Of a stretch of DNA of 64,000 nucleotides, positions 49,561-63,903 are shown in pieces (positions within the stretch are counted from its first letter, which is position 1; each line of letters begins with the position of its first letter). Under the pieces are notes generated by a model, which saw only the letters and a list, made by a program, of their open reading frames with translations, ran no database searches and had not been told where the DNA came from. Location: assembly GCA_965279515.1 (NCBI GenBank), contig CBDIID010000003.1:832001-896000 (forward strand), given 5' to 3'. The translations under genes were made by a program, and so were the position numbers. Source of the stretch: Turneriella sp. GTDB taxonomy: Bacteria > Spirochaetota > Leptospiria > Turneriellales > Turneriellaceae.

Positions 49561-49564
<4 letters not shown>
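48461..49564 (+). CDS. Putative zinc aminopeptidase (DUF2265-type)
   Basis: [20 protein letters not shown]...FSE zinc motif, INNA. Confidence 0.8.
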
Positions 49565-51675
<2,111 letters not shown>

Positions 51676-51747
51676 ATACTCTGCTTAATTTTTTTTGCTT
51701 AAAATAATAATACGCCTTGCGGCGAGGGGAAATCCACCACGCCCGGA

Positions 51748-52221
51748 TTACCAGGCGTAGTGTGAGAATGCGCGGTTGGCTTCTGCCATGCGCTTAACTT
51801 CGTCTTTTTTCTTGATGGCGCCGCCGTTGTTGTTCACGGCATCCATGATTTCATTGGCGAGTTTGTCGGCCAGGGTTTTGCCTGAACGCTCACGCGCGGC
51901 TGAAACCAGCCAGCGGATTGCCAGAGATTGTTTACGTGCGGGATACACTTCTACAGGCACCTGGTACGTCACACCGCCCACGCGGCGCGACTTCACTTCA
52001 ACCTGGGGTTTGATATTTTCAATCGCCTTGTAAAATTGCTCGATTCCTGCAACGCCGGTTTTTTCCTGAACGCGGCCCAGCGCCCCGTAAAACAGGCCCG
52101 CTGCGGTTGATTTTTTGCCATCGTACATCATCGAGTTGATGAATTTCTGCACGAGGGCACTTGTGTGCACGCCGTCGGGTTTAATATCCCGTGTGTGACT
52201 TTTAGTTCTGCGTCTTGCCAT
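51748..52221 (-). CDS. rpsG: 30S ribosomal protein S7
   Basis: DGKKS, EVKSRRVGGVTYQVPVEV, MAEANRAF. Confidence 0.98.
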   Translation of the reverse strand: MARRRTKSHTRDIKPDGVHTSALVQKFINSMMYDGKKSTAAGLFYGALGRVQEKTGVAGIEQFYKAIENIKPQVEVKSRRVGGVTYQVPVEVYPARKQSLAIRWLVSAARERSGKTLADKLANEIMDAVNNNGGAIKKKDEVKRMAEANRAFSHYAW

Positions 52222-52235
52222 AAATCCTCTTTAAC

Positions 52236-52610
52236 CTATGCCTTTGGTCGTTTCGTTCCGTATTTGGAACGCGACTTGCGGCGTTTCTCAACACCGAGTG
52301 TATCGAGTGAACCACGCACGATGTGATAACGCACACCCGGTAAGTCCTTTACCCGGCCACCGCGCACGAGCACGACACTGTGCTCCTGCAGGTTGTGGCC
52401 TTCACCCGGAATATATGCCGTGACTTCGACACCGTTCACCAAACGAACCCGGGCAACCTTACGGAGCGCCGAGTTTGGCTTTTTGGGCGTAGCTGTCATC
52501 ACGCGCGTACAAACGCCGCGCTTTTGCGGGCTCGAACGGAGCGCCGGGGATTTGGTCTTAGAGACCGATTTTTGCCGGCCGAACCGGATCAACTGGTTAA
52601 TTGTTGGCAT
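52236..52610 (-). CDS. rpsL: 30S ribosomal protein S12
   Basis: [28 protein letters not shown]. Confidence 0.98.
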   Translation of the reverse strand: MPTINQLIRFGRQKSVSKTKSPALRSSPQKRGVCTRVMTATPKKPNSALRKVARVRLVNGVEVTAYIPGEGHNLQEHSVVLVRGGRVKDLPGVRYHIVRGSLDTLGVEKRRKSRSKYGTKRPKA

Positions 52611-52669
52611 ATTTTCCTTTAGTGCGGCGAATCCTGTCGTTTCGACATACCGTCAACGTATCTGTCATT

Positions 52670-55600
52670 TTACTCTTCGTCATCGTCCGCATCTTCGCTG
52701 TCGCCTGCATCATCGGCCTTTTTTGCGGCCGGAGCCATCGCGGCGATTTCATCGGGTTTATCCTGCGCGCCGTTGTAGAGCTGCTCGAGTTCCTCTTCCG
52801 TATAGAAAAGGTCACCCATGACAGCCTTATAGGCGCGTATGTCGCGGTAATCGCGCATACCTGTTCCCGCAGGAATCAGGTGGCCGATGATGATATTCTC
52901 TTTAAGCCCTTCGAGAGGATCGTCTTTTCCTTTGATCGCCGCGTCGGTGAGGACACGGGTCGTTTCCTGGAACGATGCCGCTGAAAGGAAGCTTTCTGAA
53001 TTTAATGAAGCTTTGGTAAGCCCCATCAGAATCGGTGTTGCCGACGCTTCTGCACCACCGTCGCGTTCGACGCGCTGGTTTTCGCGCTTAAAGATCGCGC
53101 GGTCTACCTGGCTCATCGGCACAAAGATAGTATCGCCCGGTTCGGTAACTTCGACCTTGCGCATCATCTGGCGGATGATAATCTCGATGTGTTTATCGTT
53201 GATATACACACCCTGCAGGCGGTAAACTTCCTGGATTTCACGGATGAGATAGCGCTGCGCCTTCTCTTCGCCCATGATGCGCAGAAGATCGTGCGGATCC
53301 ATGACGCCGTCGTCGAGCGGCTCACCGCGTACGACAACTTCGCCATCGTGTACCTGTATCTGCTTATGGAGGGGAATCGATATCGAAACCGTATTCTCTT
53401 CCGCTTCTTCGCCTTTCAGGTCTTCAGGGATAATGTTGAGGACGCGTTTCTCGCGCACGATCGTTCCCGTGTCGCGCAGCATACCGTCGATCTCTGCGAG
53501 GTGGCAGGGATCTTTCGGATGGCGCGCTTCGAAGAGCTCGTCGATACGCGGCAGACCGCCGGTAATGTCGCGCGTCTTTTCCGCTTTAGATTCGAGTTTG
53601 GCGAGAATGTCGCCTTCCTGAACCGCGCTGCCGTTATCGATACTTAAAATCGCACCGACGGGCAGAGGTGTTTCCGCGACAAGTTTACCTTTTTCGTAGA
53701 TGTGCGCGCGGGGTACGAGTTTTTCGTTCTTGTATGCGACAATCTTCTTGAGCTTACCGATCGTACGGTCGCCGGTATCTTCTACGCGCAAGTTCTTGCC
53801 GTCTTCGACGTCGACAAGTTCGAGGCGGCCCGAATGCGTCGCGATAATGAGCGCGTTGTACGGGTCATATTCGCAGAGCAGTTGGTTCAGTTTCAGAACA
53901 TCACGCTCTTCGATATGCAGCACCGAACCTGCGCCCAATTGGATCGCATATTCAGGCGCCAGCAGATAGATGTCGTTCTTCTCGATGAAGATCGTGCCCG
54001 CTGCAGGCGCATAAAGCATCGAGTCGGCGCCCTGTTTGTCTTTCAGACGGCCTAAAACCTCACCCTTGATGAGTTTTGCCGCCGGTTCGTGCGTGAATTC
54101 CGCAAATTGCGTTTTTGTATAGCGCGCGAGAATCTGTGCAATAATCACAGAGCCGCGTTTCGCCATAATGCGTTGTTTCTGGCGGTTCACGACCTGACGG
54201 CCCTGGAGCGAGAGTACAACCGCATCGTACGGCGCCTTGATCGCGCTTTCGGCAGATTTCGTCGTCGCCGTGCCACCGATGTGGAACGTACGCATCGTCA
54301 GCTGTGTACCGGGCTGGCCGATCGACTGCGCGGCAATAATACCCACAGCCTCGCCCTTCTCGACCGGTTGTAGTGTTGCAAGGTCAATACCGTAGCAGCA
54401 ACCGCAGACACCGGTGACCGATTCGCAAGTGAGGATTGACCGCACCTTAATCATCTCATAACCTAATGTTTCGATCTGTGCCGCAATTTCTTCTGTGACC
54501 AGCGTATTGCGTATATGAATGACTTCGTCCGTATTCGGGTCTTTGATATCTTGCTGCAGGTAGCGGCCGGAAATCTTCTGGCGCAGGCTCACAATCACCT
54601 TTTCGCCTTCTTTGTCGGCCGACATATTAAAACCTTCGTTGGTTCCGCAGTCGTCTTCGCGGACGATAACATCCTGTGATACGTCAACAAGGCGGCGCGT
54701 CAGGTAACCCGCATCGGCCGTCTTGAGGGCCGTATCGGCAAGACCTTTACGCGCACCCGACGTCGAGATGTAGAACTCGAGAACGCCGAGGCCTTCCTTG
54801 AAGTTCGAACGGATCGCAAGCTCGATAATATCCCCTGACGGTTTCGCCATCAGACCACGCATACCGGCGAGCTGGCGAATCTGTGAACGCGAACCCCGCG
54901 CACCTGAGATTGCCATAGCATAGATCGGATTAAATCCGTTCTGGTCCTGGCTCAGGAGCGCAAAGAGATCTTCGGTGATCTTTTCATTGGCATTCGTCCA
55001 GATATCGATGACCTTTTTATAACGTTCTTCGTTGGTGATCACACCTTTGCGGTGCTCGGTTTCAACGCGCTCGACTTCTTTGTTCGCCTTGTCAATGATG
55101 CGTACCTTAGATTCGGGAATCTTCACGTCTTCAATCGAGATCGTTGGCGCGAAATGCGTCGCAGATTGAAAGCCCAGCTTCTTGATGGCATCGAGAAACT
55201 TCACTGTAATCGCTGCGCCCCTCAGTTTATAGAGATCTGCAATGATCTCATTCACTGTTTTGTTGGTCAGCGGCTTATTGACATAGGGATAGTTCGCTGG
55301 CAGCATCTGGTTAAAGATGAGACGGCCAGGCGTTGTTTCGAAAATTTTGTCGTTCTGCACGAAGCGTACTTTCGCGCGGTATTCAACAATACCGCGGTCG
55401 AGCGCATAGGTCAGCTCGTCCATGTTGTCATAGATGAGACCTTCGCCTTTCGCGCCGGGATAATCCGCCGTCAGGTAATAAAGGCCCAGGATCATATCCT
55501 GTGTGGGCCCTACGATCGGCTGGCCGTTCGCAGGGTTGAGCAGGTTATGCGCTGAGAGAATCAGCAGCCATGCTTCGAGCTGTGCGCGCGGTGACAGCGG

Positions 55601-56977
55601 CACGTGGATCGCCATCTGGTCACCGTCGAAGTCCGCGTTAAAGGCGTGGCAGACGAGCGGGTGCAGCTGTATGGCTTTGCCTTCGACGAGCACCGGCAAG
55701 AACGCCTGGATACCCAGACGGTGCAGCGTCGGTGCGCGGTTGAGCAGCACCGGGTGTTCGTGGATGACTTCTTCGAGACCTTCGAAGACTTCGCGGTCTT
55801 CGTTCTCGATCATGCGCTTCGCAGATTTAATATTCTGTGTATATTCTTTATCGACGAGCCACTTCATGATGAAGGGCTTGAAGAGCTCCAATGCCATCTT
55901 CTTAGGCAGACCGCACTGGTAGATTTTGAGTTCGGGACCGACAACGATAACGGTACGACCTGAATAGTCGACACGTTTACCGAGCAGGTTCTGGCGGAAA
56001 CGGCCCTGCTTGCCTTTCAGCATATCTGAAAGGGATTTCAGGGGACGGTTGCCCTTGCCCTTGATTGACTTCTTGCGGCGGCTGTTATCGAAGAGAGCGT
56101 CTACCGCTTCCTGCAGCATGCGCTTTTCGTTGGATACGATGATATCAGGCGCCTTAAGGCCTAAGAGGCGTTTCAGACGGTTGTTACGGTTGATGACGCG
56201 GCGGTAGAGGTCGTTGAGGTCAGACGTTGCAAAACGGCCACCCTCGAGCTGTACCATCGGGCGCAGTTCGGGCGGGAGCACAGGAATCGTATCCAGAACC
56301 ATCCACTCGGGGCGGTTATGGCTGTCGCGGAACGCTTCGAGGATCTCGAGGCGCTTCAGGATTCTTTTATCGCTGATCTTCTTCTTCGATTCGATTTTTG
56401 CGCGGATAAGGCGAATCTCTTCTTCGATGTTCACCATCGAGAGAAGTTCTTTTACCGCATCAGCACCGATCGAAGCGTAGAATTTATCGCCGTAGAGCTC
56501 GACCAGGCGGCCATGCTCTTCCTGTGTGATGAGTTGTTTGAGTTCGAGACCCGATTCACCCGGATCAATCACCACATAACGCTCGAAATAGAGCACGCTC
56601 TTGATGTCGTTCGCCGACATATCGAGCACGAGCGCGATACGGCTGGGGACAGTACGGTAATACCAGATGTGCGCGACTGGGTATGAGAGTTCAATGTGAC
56701 CCATGCGCTCGCGGCGCACCTTGCTGTGTGTGACTTCAACGCCGCACTTATCGCAGACAACGCCTTTGTAACGGATCGATTTAAATTTTCCGCAGTAGCA
56801 CTCCCAGTCTTTGGTTGTGCCGAAGATTTTCTCGCAGAACAGACCATCGCGCTCGGGCTTCAGTGTTCGGTAGTTGATGGTTTCAGGTTTTTTGACCTCG
56901 CCATGCGACCACTCGCGCACCTTGTCGGGCGACGCCAGTTTGATTCTGATCTTATGAAAATCGTGGAATTCTCTCAT
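52670..56977 (-). CDS. rpoC: RNA polymerase beta' subunit
   Basis: NADFDGD catalytic motif, zinc finger, [17 protein letters not shown]. Confidence 0.99.
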   Translation of the reverse strand: MREFHDFHKIRIKLASPDKVREWSHGEVKKPETINYRTLKPERDGLFCEKIFGTTKDWECYCGKFKSIRYKGVVCDKCGVEVTHSKVRRERMGHIELSYPVAHIWYYRTVPSRIALVLDMSANDIKSVLYFERYVVIDPGESGLELKQLITQEEHGRLVELYGDKFYASIGADAVKELLSMVNIEEEIRLIRAKIESKKKISDKRILKRLEILEAFRDSHNRPEWMVLDTIPVLPPELRPMVQLEGGRFATSDLNDLYRRVINRNNRLKRLLGLKAPDIIVSNEKRMLQEAVDALFDNSRRKKSIKGKGNRPLKSLSDMLKGKQGRFRQNLLGKRVDYSGRTVIVVGPELKIYQCGLPKKMALELFKPFIMKWLVDKEYTQNIKSAKRMIENEDREVFEGLEEVIHEHPVLLNRAPTLHRLGIQAFLPVLVEGKAIQLHPLVCHAFNADFDGDQMAIHVPLSPRAQLEAWLLILSAHNLLNPANGQPIVGPTQDMILGLYYLTADYPGAKGEGLIYDNMDELTYALDRGIVEYRAKVRFVQNDKIFETTPGRLIFNQMLPANYPYVNKPLTNKTVNEIIADLYKLRGAAITVKFLDAIKKLGFQSATHFAPTISIEDVKIPESKVRIIDKANKEVERVETEHRKGVITNEERYKKVIDIWTNANEKITEDLFALLSQDQNGFNPIYAMAISGARGSRSQIRQLAGMRGLMAKPSGDIIELAIRSNFKEGLGVLEFYISTSGARKGLADTALKTADAGYLTRRLVDVSQDVIVREDDCGTNEGFNMSADKEGEKVIVSLRQKISGRYLQQDIKDPNTDEVIHIRNTLVTEEIAAQIETLGYEMIKVRSILTCESVTGVCGCCYGIDLATLQPVEKGEAVGIIAAQSIGQPGTQLTMRTFHIGGTATTKSAESAIKAPYDAVVLSLQGRQVVNRQKQRIMAKRGSVIIAQILARYTKTQFAEFTHEPAAKLIKGEVLGRLKDKQGADSMLYAPAAGTIFIEKNDIYLLAPEYAIQLGAGSVLHIEERDVLKLNQLLCEYDPYNALIIATHSGRLELVDVEDGKNLRVEDTGDRTIGKLKKIVAYKNEKLVPRAHIYEKGKLVAETPLPVGAILSIDNGSAVQEGDILAKLESKAEKTRDITGGLPRIDELFEARHPKDPCHLAEIDGMLRDTGTIVREKRVLNIIPEDLKGEEAEENTVSISIPLHKQIQVHDGEVVVRGEPLDDGVMDPHDLLRIMGEEKAQRYLIREIQEVYRLQGVYINDKHIEIIIRQMMRKVEVTEPGDTIFVPMSQVDRAIFKRENQRVERDGGAEASATPILMGLTKASLNSESFLSAASFQETTRVLTDAAIKGKDDPLEGLKENIIIGHLIPAGTGMRDYRDIRAYKAVMGDLFYTEEELEQLYNGAQDKPDEIAAMAPAAKKADDAGDSEDADDDEE

Positions 56978-56988
56978 TCTTTCTCCGT

Positions 56989-59900
56989 TTAGCCTGCTGT
57001 ATTTTCCACCGAATCAACTTTGATGCGGCGGCGGATCCGTGAAAACTCATCGTCCATGTCTGAAATCTCGACTGGTTTTTCGTCGCCGTCGAGGATCGTG
57101 ATGTCGAGTGCGAGCGAACGTATCTCACGGATGAGAACGTTGAAGCTCTCCGGCACACCCGGCTTAATGGCGTGGATGCCTTTCACAATCGATTCATATA
57201 CACGTGCGCGGCCTTGCATGTCATCCGACTTCACAGTCAGGAGTTCCTGCAAGGTATGCGCTGCACCGTAGGCTTCGAGTGCCCAGACTTCCATCTCCCC
57301 GAGACGCTGACCGCCGAACTGGGCTTTACCACCCAACGGCTGCTGCGTAACCAACGAGTATGGTCCCGTTGAACGGGCATGCATCTTGTCTTCCACCATG
57401 TGGTGGAGCTTAAGCATATAGATCGTACCGACAAACGCCGGCTGCTGGAAATGCTCGCCGGAGCGGCCATCGCGCAGGTGGATTTTCGAATCCGGGCTGA
57501 TTTTAGCCTTACCTGCATAACTCTGGATATCATCCCATTTCGCACCATCAAAGACCGGCGTTTCAAAGTAGATACCGAGTTCTTTGCCGAGATAAGCGAG
57601 CTGCGTTTCAAAGATCTGACCCAGGTTCATACGCGAAGGTACCCCGAGCGGATTTAAAACGATATCGATCGGCGTGCCATCGGGCAGCATCGGCATATCG
57701 GCTTCATTGAGAATTGTCGAGATAACACCCTTGTTACCGTGGCGTCCGGCCATTTTGTCGCCGACAGAAATTTTACGTTTCTGTGCAACATAAACCTTAA
57801 CGGCTTCCACGATTCCAGCCGGAAGTTCATCCCCCTCGTCGCGCTTGAAGCGGACGATGTCGACCACGATACCTGCATGGCCGTTGGGCACACGCAGCGA
57901 TGAGTCGCGCACTTCTTTGGCTTTTTCGCCGAAGATCGAGTGGAGCAGACGGTATTCAGGCGTCAGGTCAGTCTCCCCTTTCGGAGTTACCATACCGACC
58001 AGAATATCACCCGCACGCACTTCTGCGCCGACGCGGATAATACCTTCATCGTCGAGATCGCGGAATGCGCGCTCGCTGATGTTCGGGATATCGCGTGTGA
58101 TAATCTCGCGGCCAAGTTTTGTTTCACGTGCCTGGATTTCAAACTCTTCGATGTGGATACTGGTGAACGTATCGTTCTTCACGAGTCGTTCTGACAGAAT
58201 AATCGCATCTTCGAAGTTATAGCCATCCCATGGCATGAATGCCACGGTGATGTTCTTGCCGAGTGCAAGGCGGCCATAACGCGTCGCCAGGCCGTCGGCA
58301 AGAATTGTCGCCTTACGCGCATTGTTCTTGTTCGGCTGGTCGAGGCGACCCTTGATGATTTCGCCGGCGAGCAGGTCTCCGCGGTAGACGAAAGCGCCTT
58401 CTTTGGCAACAGCTTTCATCGCCCCCTGGAAGGTTTGCATCGGGAAATGATAGGTTTTCCCGTTTTCGGCTTCGAGCAGCATCTCGTTCTTATCGATTTT
58501 GATGATCTTACCGTTCTCAGGCGCATTGTGGCAACCCACCAGTGACTGGTGGTTCAGCGTCGTGCTTTGGTTCGTGCGCTTGAATTTCACAAGGCGGTAC
58601 TTATCTTTAGTACCGTCTTCGCGTTCGACTTCAATCGCATCGGCATCGACTTTGGTCACCATACCGTCGTGATCGGCGATGACGCAGACACCCGAATCAT
58701 AGGCGATCGGCAATTCCATACCGGTACCGACATAAGGCATGTCGGGGGTCAGCAGCGGCACAGCCTGGCGCTGCATGTTGGAACCCATGAGAGCGCGGTT
58801 GGCGTCGTCGTGTTCGAGGAATGGAATCAAACTTGTTGAGAGTGAAATAACCTGTGTCGGCGAAACGTCCATCAGGTGAATTTCTTCTGAAGATTTCAGG
58901 GGGAAATCCCCGCGGTAACGGCAGCTGATCAGCTTATCGAGGAATTCGCCATTCTCGCCGAGCGTGGCGTTTGCCTGCGCGACGACATAGTGATCTTCTT
59001 CGTTGGCGGACAGGAACATGGCTTTGCCTGTATCCTTACCCTTCTCTACCACGCGGTAAGGCGTTTCGACAAAACCATAGGGGTTCAGGCGCGAGTATGT
59101 CGCCATCGAGGTAATGAGACCGATGTTTGGGCCTTCCGGCGTCTCGATCGGACAAAGGCGCCCGTAGTGCGTGTAATGCACGTCGCGCACTTCGAACCCG
59201 GCGCGTTCCCGTGTAAGACCACCGGGCCCGAGGGCATTGAGGCGGCGCTTGTGCGTAATTTCAGACAAGGGGTTCGTCTGATCCATGAATTGTGAAAGCT
59301 GGCTTGCGCCGAAGAATTCATTCATGACCGCAGTAATAGGTTTAATCGAGATCAGCAGTTGCGGCGTCATGATGTCGACGTCGTTCATGCTCATACGCTC
59401 TTTCACCACACGTTCCATACGCGTGAAACCCGCTTTGAGTTGTGTCGTGAGGAGTTCACCCACGGTGCGCACGCGGCGGTTACCGAGATGGTCAATGTCG
59501 TCGTACTGGTAACCAGGAACTTCATGAATTAAGTTCACCATGTACTTGCAGGTTTCGACGATGTCGATCGGGCGCAGAGTCTGCATGTTTGCATCTTCGC
59601 CGAATTCGCCGGCGTTCAGGTGTTTGAAACGCGCGTTAATTTTGTAGCGACCGACGCTGCCCATGTTATAGGTTTTCGCGTCAAAGAACAGGCGCTGCAT
59701 CTCAGCGCTGGCGCGCTCGATGTTTTTCGTGCGTTTCTCTGCGTCGCCGTGGTCGGGGCTGTAATCGAGCGGCTTCTGGTGTTTAATGAACTCCATCAGC
59801 GCTTCTTCGGTCGAGTTAACGCCGTCTTTGTCGAGCGACGTGAACACCACACGGTGGTCAACGGAGCCTTTATTGACGAGAAGTTCGATCTTGTCGATTT

Positions 59901-60735
59901 TCGCGTCTTTGAGAATATCCAGGTTATCTTCATTGAGCGCCTGGCCTGCTTCGATGAGGATCTCCCCCGTTTCCGGGTGAGCGACGTCGGTCAGCGTACG
60001 GCGGCCGATAAATTTTGCCAGGGTCTTGGACTGCACACCTTTGATGACAACACTTTCAGCGTCATAGAACAGGCGCAGAATTTGCTCGTTTGTGCCATAG
60101 CCTAAGGCTTTCAGGAGAAGAGTGAACGGGAATTTTTTACGGCGGTCTATACGGGCAATGAGCAGGCCCTTGGCGTCCATTTCAAATTCAAGCCATGAGC
60201 CTTTATGGTCTGGAATGATACGCGAAGAGAAGATATTCTTCGCTTCGTCGAAGAAAATGAAGATACCGGGTGAGCGGTGCAGCTGATTGACAATAACGCG
60301 TTCAGCGCCGTTGATGACAAAGGTACCGGTGGGCGTCATCATCGGCAGGTCGCCCATGTAGACTTCCTGTTCGCGCACTTCACCGGTTTCGATGGCGATC
60401 AGGCGGATTGTAGCCTTGAGGGGAGCGGCGTATGTCAGGCCGTTGACCTTACAATCCCAGATGTCGCGTTTTGCCTCGCCGAGGGTATATTCCACGAATT
60501 CGAGCACAACGTCGCCGTTAGAGCTTTCGATCGGGAAACTGTCTTCAAACACCGACTGCAGACCGACGCGTTTGCGTTTCGCCATGGGCGTCTCGATCTG
60601 CAAGAACTCGTTGTACGAGATAGTTTGCACCTCAATCAACGGTGGTACATCCAGCGATTTGCGGATATTTCCAAAGTTGATGATTTTGAACGACGAGGTA
60701 TCCTCGCCGACTCTTACGACATTAGAATCAGACAT
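56989..60735 (-). CDS. rpoB: RNA polymerase beta subunit
   Basis: [34 protein letters not shown]. Confidence 0.99.
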   Translation of the reverse strand: MSDSNVVRVGEDTSSFKIINFGNIRKSLDVPPLIEVQTISYNEFLQIETPMAKRKRVGLQSVFEDSFPIESSNGDVVLEFVEYTLGEAKRDIWDCKVNGLTYAAPLKATIRLIAIETGEVREQEVYMGDLPMMTPTGTFVINGAERVIVNQLHRSPGIFIFFDEAKNIFSSRIIPDHKGSWLEFEMDAKGLLIARIDRRKKFPFTLLLKALGYGTNEQILRLFYDAESVVIKGVQSKTLAKFIGRRTLTDVAHPETGEILIEAGQALNEDNLDILKDAKIDKIELLVNKGSVDHRVVFTSLDKDGVNSTEEALMEFIKHQKPLDYSPDHGDAEKRTKNIERASAEMQRLFFDAKTYNMGSVGRYKINARFKHLNAGEFGEDANMQTLRPIDIVETCKYMVNLIHEVPGYQYDDIDHLGNRRVRTVGELLTTQLKAGFTRMERVVKERMSMNDVDIMTPQLLISIKPITAVMNEFFGASQLSQFMDQTNPLSEITHKRRLNALGPGGLTRERAGFEVRDVHYTHYGRLCPIETPEGPNIGLITSMATYSRLNPYGFVETPYRVVEKGKDTGKAMFLSANEEDHYVVAQANATLGENGEFLDKLISCRYRGDFPLKSSEEIHLMDVSPTQVISLSTSLIPFLEHDDANRALMGSNMQRQAVPLLTPDMPYVGTGMELPIAYDSGVCVIADHDGMVTKVDADAIEVEREDGTKDKYRLVKFKRTNQSTTLNHQSLVGCHNAPENGKIIKIDKNEMLLEAENGKTYHFPMQTFQGAMKAVAKEGAFVYRGDLLAGEIIKGRLDQPNKNNARKATILADGLATRYGRLALGKNITVAFMPWDGYNFEDAIILSERLVKNDTFTSIHIEEFEIQARETKLGREIITRDIPNISERAFRDLDDEGIIRVGAEVRAGDILVGMVTPKGETDLTPEYRLLHSIFGEKAKEVRDSSLRVPNGHAGIVVDIVRFKRDEGDELPAGIVEAVKVYVAQKRKISVGDKMAGRHGNKGVISTILNEADMPMLPDGTPIDIVLNPLGVPSRMNLGQIFETQLAYLGKELGIYFETPVFDGAKWDDIQSYAGKAKISPDSKIHLRDGRSGEHFQQPAFVGTIYMLKLHHMVEDKMHARSTGPYSLVTQQPLGGKAQFGGQRLGEMEVWALEAYGAAHTLQELLTVKSDDMQGRARVYESIVKGIHAIKPGVPESFNVLIREIRSLALDITILDGDEKPVEISDMDDEFSRIRRRIKVDSVENTAG

Positions 60736-60757
60736 TTTGCTCCTCTGGCCTCAGCAT

Positions 60758-60800
60758 AAAAAAACAATAAGCCCGCCGGGCATCCGCCCGGCAGGTTTTT
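60758..60800 (-). terminator. Intrinsic terminator/attenuator between rplL and rpoB
   Basis: Minus strand acctgccgggc-ggat-gcccggcgggc followed by ttattgttttttt. Confidence 0.8.
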
Positions 60801-60832
60801 GAAAAGAAATCAAGAAAAGAAAAAGAAAGTCA

Positions 60833-61204
60833 TTACTTGAGCGCGATCTTGCCGCCCAAGGCTTCGATTTCTTTTTTGATTTTTTCAGCTTCGTCTTTGG
60901 AAACGCCTTCTTTCAGAACGCCTGTACCGCCCTCAACGAGCTTTTTTGCGTCCATCAGAGGAAGGTTGGTGATTTCACGTACTTTCTTGATTGCATCGAC
61001 TTTCTTGTCGCCGCTGAAACCTTCGAGTACTACGTTAAATTCCGTTTTTTCTTCGCCTGCTGCAGCTGCTGCTGCCGCTGGTGCTGCTGCAACCGCTACC
61101 GGTGCTGCCGCTGAAATACCAAACTTGTCTTCCATTGCTTTGACAAGTTCTGCCGCCTGAACGATCGTCAGCGAACCAATTTTATCTAAGAGCTCCTGTA
61201 CCAT
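60833..61204 (-). CDS. rplL: 50S ribosomal protein L7/L12
   Basis: Ala-rich hinge, EEKTEF, AKKLVE. Confidence 0.97.
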   Translation of the reverse strand: MVQELLDKIGSLTIVQAAELVKAMEDKFGISAAAPVAVAAAPAAAAAAAGEEKTEFNVVLEGFSGDKKVDAIKKVREITNLPLMDAKKLVEGGTGVLKEGVSKDEAEKIKKEIEALGGKIALK

Positions 61205-61240
61205 ACTTTCTCCTTTAATCTTCCCGCTTTTATTAAGCCG

Positions 61241-61768
61241 TTAATTTCCGTTTTTTTCCGCCACACTCTTGATGCCGCGCGCCAGAGACGCGATGACATT
61301 GTTGAGTGTACCTGCAATTTTTGTCGCAGGCGAGTTGAGCATTGCGGCGATTTGTGCCAGAATTTGCTCTTTCGAAGGCAGATCAGCGATTGCTTTGACG
61401 CCCTTCGCGTCAAAGTAAGTGCTCTCCATAACCCCAGCCCTCAGGACAAGTTTATCATTGTCCTTGCTGAAATCGCGGAGCACTTTAGCGACAGCTGGAA
61501 CATCAGAGCCTGCAAATGCAATCGCATTCGGCCCTTTCAGTGTGCTGTCATAGGGGAAATCTTTCGCCACGCCCGATTCTTTGAGCGCAATGCTGAAGAC
61601 ATTATTCTTAACAACGGTATACTTTGCGCCTGCTTCACGCAATTTCTTGCGCAGCGCGCTGATAGCGACCACATCCAGGCCCTGGTATTGTGTAATGATA
61701 AAGTTGGGAGTGCTCTTGAGAGCCGCTGCGTATTCGTCTTTGAGGTTGGTTTTTTCTGCTGACGGCAT
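61241..61768 (-). CDS. rplJ: 50S ribosomal protein L10
   Basis: YQGL, LRKKLRE, VVKN, LKGPNA, LPSKE. Confidence 0.96.
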   Translation of the reverse strand: MPSAEKTNLKDEYAAALKSTPNFIITQYQGLDVVAISALRKKLREAGAKYTVVKNNVFSIALKESGVAKDFPYDSTLKGPNAIAFAGSDVPAVAKVLRDFSKDNDKLVLRAGVMESTYFDAKGVKAIADLPSKEQILAQIAAMLNSPATKIAGTLNNVIASLARGIKSVAEKNGN

Positions 61769-62451
61769 TAGCGCATTTCCTTGATGTTAATCTTAACGGC
61801 AGGTGTCATTGTGCCAGTGACGTACATCCCCACCACATAGTCGCCCTTCGCATCAGACGGTTTTTCTTTGAGAATAGTCTGGAAGACGATCTCAGCATTA
61901 TCTTTAAGCTGATCTGCATTAAATGAGAGCTTGCCCATAGGCACATGCACCACACCGGTCTTGTCGGCGCGGTATTCGATGCGGCCACTGGTAAGCTGTG
62001 CGATAATGCCTTTGATATCTGTCGTCACAGTTCCGGATTTTGGCTTCGGCATGAGGCCGCGCTTACCCAGAACCTGACCGAGCTTACCGACGTCTTTCAT
62101 CATGTCGGGTGTCGCCACGACGAAGTCGAAGTCGACCCAGCCGCCCTGCACCTTTTGAATCATGTCATCGTCGCCGACGAAATCCGCACCCGCCTGGCGT
62201 GCTTCTTCAGCCTTATCGCCTTTGGCAAAGACAAGAATTTTGACTTTTTTGCCTGTGCCATGAGGCAGCTGAACGATACCGCGCACATTTTGTGTGCTTT
62301 TGTAGCGGACGTTGAAATGCCCTTCGAGTGTAGAATCGAATTTTGTATAAGTGACATCTTTAAGAATCTTCATTGCATCGAGCAATGAGTACTCTTTATC
62401 AGGATTTACTTTTTCTGCCGCTGCGCGGTATTTTTTTCCGTGTTTTGCCAT
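61768..62451 (-). CDS. rplA: 50S ribosomal protein L1
   Basis: [22 protein letters not shown]. Confidence 0.97.
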   Translation of the reverse strand: MAKHGKKYRAAAEKVNPDKEYSLLDAMKILKDVTYTKFDSTLEGHFNVRYKSTQNVRGIVQLPHGTGKKVKILVFAKGDKAEEARQAGADFVGDDDMIQKVQGGWVDFDFVVATPDMMKDVGKLGQVLGKRGLMPKPKSGTVTTDIKGIIAQLTSGRIEYRADKTGVVHVPMGKLSFNADQLKDNAEIVFQTILKEKPSDAKGDYVVGMYVTGTMTPAVKINIKEMR

Positions 62452-62452
62452 A

Positions 62453-62884
62453 TTATCCGCCCTGGATGGTTACTCCCATCGAACGCGCCGTACCGGCGAT
62501 AATCAGTTTAGCCGCTTCAATGTCATTGGCATTGAGGTCTGGCATTTTTTGTTTCGCAATCGCCTCGAGCTGAGCTTGCGTCAGCGAACCGACTTTATCT
62601 TTATGAGGAATCTTCGAGCCGCTTTCGATTTTGGCAGCTTTTTTGATAAGGTCACTGGCAGGAGGTACCTTCGTGATGAACGTAAAGGAACGATCTGAAA
62701 AAACAGTGACAATCACCGGGATGATACTGCCGGCCTGAGCCTGCGTTTTAGCGTTGAACTGCTTGCAGAATTCCATCAGGTTGACGCCCTGAGGACCCAA
62801 GGCAGTACCGACCGGCGGTGCAGGGTTTGCCTTACCTGCCGGAATCTGGAGTTTTACCTGTGCTACGATCTTTTTTGCTGCCAT
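62453..62884 (-). CDS. rplK: 50S ribosomal protein L11
   Basis: [24 protein letters not shown]. Confidence 0.98.
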   Translation of the reverse strand: MAAKKIVAQVKLQIPAGKANPAPPVGTALGPQGVNLMEFCKQFNAKTQAQAGSIIPVIVTVFSDRSFTFITKVPPASDLIKKAAKIESGSKIPHKDKVGSLTQAQLEAIAKQKMPDLNANDIEAAKLIIAGTARSMGVTIQGG

Positions 62885-62943
62885 TTAAGAAACCTTAACC
62901 TGTTTGCGAGCTGCCATTTTGCAAAATTGCGACATACCGCAAA

Positions 62944-63480
62944 CTATATTTTACTTACCTGCAAGTAATCCAACTCAACCGGGGTAGCCCGGCCGAAAAT
63001 CTCGACCCTAACCCTGACTTTACCCTTTTCAGGGTTCACATCATCGATAGTGCCCTGGAAGTTAGCGAACGGACCATCGATAATCTTGACGATTTCGCCT
63101 TCTGCGAAGAAAATACGCGGGGTTTGCTTCTCGTCTGCCACTGCGGGGCCCATTTCCGTGAAAAGAGAATGCATTTCTTCTTCACTGAGAACCTGCGGCT
63201 CGGTGCCGGCACTGACAAAACCCATGATTCCGGGCAGCGCCCGGATACGGTGCTGCAGCTCATCGCTGAGGTCTGCCTCGATAAAGACATAACCTGGCAT
63301 GAGTTTCTTCTTTACTATACGCTTTTTACCGCCACGCAGCTCGGCCATTTCATGGAGAGGTATCTTCACCTGCCCCACTTTGGCGCCGTCGGGCCATTTG
63401 TCTTTCTGGCGCTCGAGCAGCTTTTTGACCTTGTCTTCATGCGAAGACAGGGTCGTCACGACGTACCAGTGCATTGCCAT
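62944..63480 (-). CDS. nusG: Transcription termination/antitermination factor NusG
   Basis: WYVV...E, PGYVF, KOW GPFANF, IFGRATPVEL; start at Met 63480 just after the secE stop. Confidence 0.96.
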   Translation of the reverse strand: MAMHWYVVTTLSSHEDKVKKLLERQKDKWPDGAKVGQVKIPLHEMAELRGGKKRIVKKKLMPGYVFIEADLSDELQHRIRALPGIMGFVSAGTEPQVLSEEEMHSLFTEMGPAVADEKQTPRIFFAEGEIVKIIDGPFANFQGTIDDVNPEKGKVRVRVEIFGRATPVELDYLQVSKI

Positions 63481-63481
63481 A

Positions 63482-63667
63482 TCAACCACCGATGACGGTC
63501 CGGAAAACCCGGTCGATTCCGCCATCGACGACATAGATGAGAACGGCGAAAATGATGACCGTCACGAAAACAACGAGCGTTGAACGTGAGACGTCATCCC
63601 ATGAAGGCCATGTTGCCTTGCGGAGCTCAGCCCTCGCTTCGACTAAAAACTGCCATATCCTTTTCAT
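63482..63667 (-). CDS. secE: Preprotein translocase subunit SecE
   Basis: ELRKATWP plus one TM helix; lies between tRNA-Trp and nusG. Confidence 0.95.
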   Translation of the reverse strand: MKRIWQFLVEARAELRKATWPSWDDVSRSTLVVFVTVIIFAVLIYVVDGGIDRVFRTVIGG

Positions 63668-63716
63668 AGTGCTCCTTTACAAATCTCGGATCTCTGCAGA
63701 GAGATCCTTTCAACTT

Positions 63717-63787
63717 CAGGGCAGGAAGGAATCGAACCCTCACTAACGGTTTTGGAGACCGTCGTTCTACCGTTGAACTACTGCCCT
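63717..63787 (-). tRNA. tRNA-Trp (CCA)
   Basis: Cloverleaf agggcag...ctgccct-g, anticodon loop ctCCAaa, TTCGATT T-loop; 3' CCA not encoded. Confidence 0.95.
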
Positions 63788-63792
63788 ATTTT

Positions 63793-63865
63793 AGCCCACA
63801 ATCGGAATCGAACCGATGACCTTTTCCTTACCATGGAAATGCTCTACCGACTGAGCTATGTGGGC
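63793..63865 (-). tRNA. tRNA-Thr (GGT)
   Basis: gcccaca...tgtgggc acceptor stem, anticodon arm tttcc-atGGTaa-ggaaa. Confidence 0.95.
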
Positions 63866-63889
63866 CTTCGGCCCACATAGCTCAGTCGG
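63847..63889. repeat. Perfect 20-bp inverted repeat formed by the tRNA-Thr 5' end and its upstream spacer
   Basis: ccgactgagctatgtgggcc-ttc-ggcccacatagctcagtcgg. Confidence 0.9.
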
Positions 63890-63903
63890 CTACATAGGCT
63901 TTT

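Noticed and set aside
51700..51724. cgcc-gcaa-ggcg hairpin plus AT-rich tail between rpsG and fusA
   Set aside because: Only a 4-bp stem; too weak to call a terminator or S7-binding site
52236..52610. Streptomycin-resistance substitutions in RpsL
   Set aside because: PKKPNS and RVKDLP lysines are wild type
63688..63707. ggatctct-gcag-agagatcc hairpin between tRNA-Trp and secE
   Set aside because: No clear U-tract; probably an ordinary processing or stability hairpin
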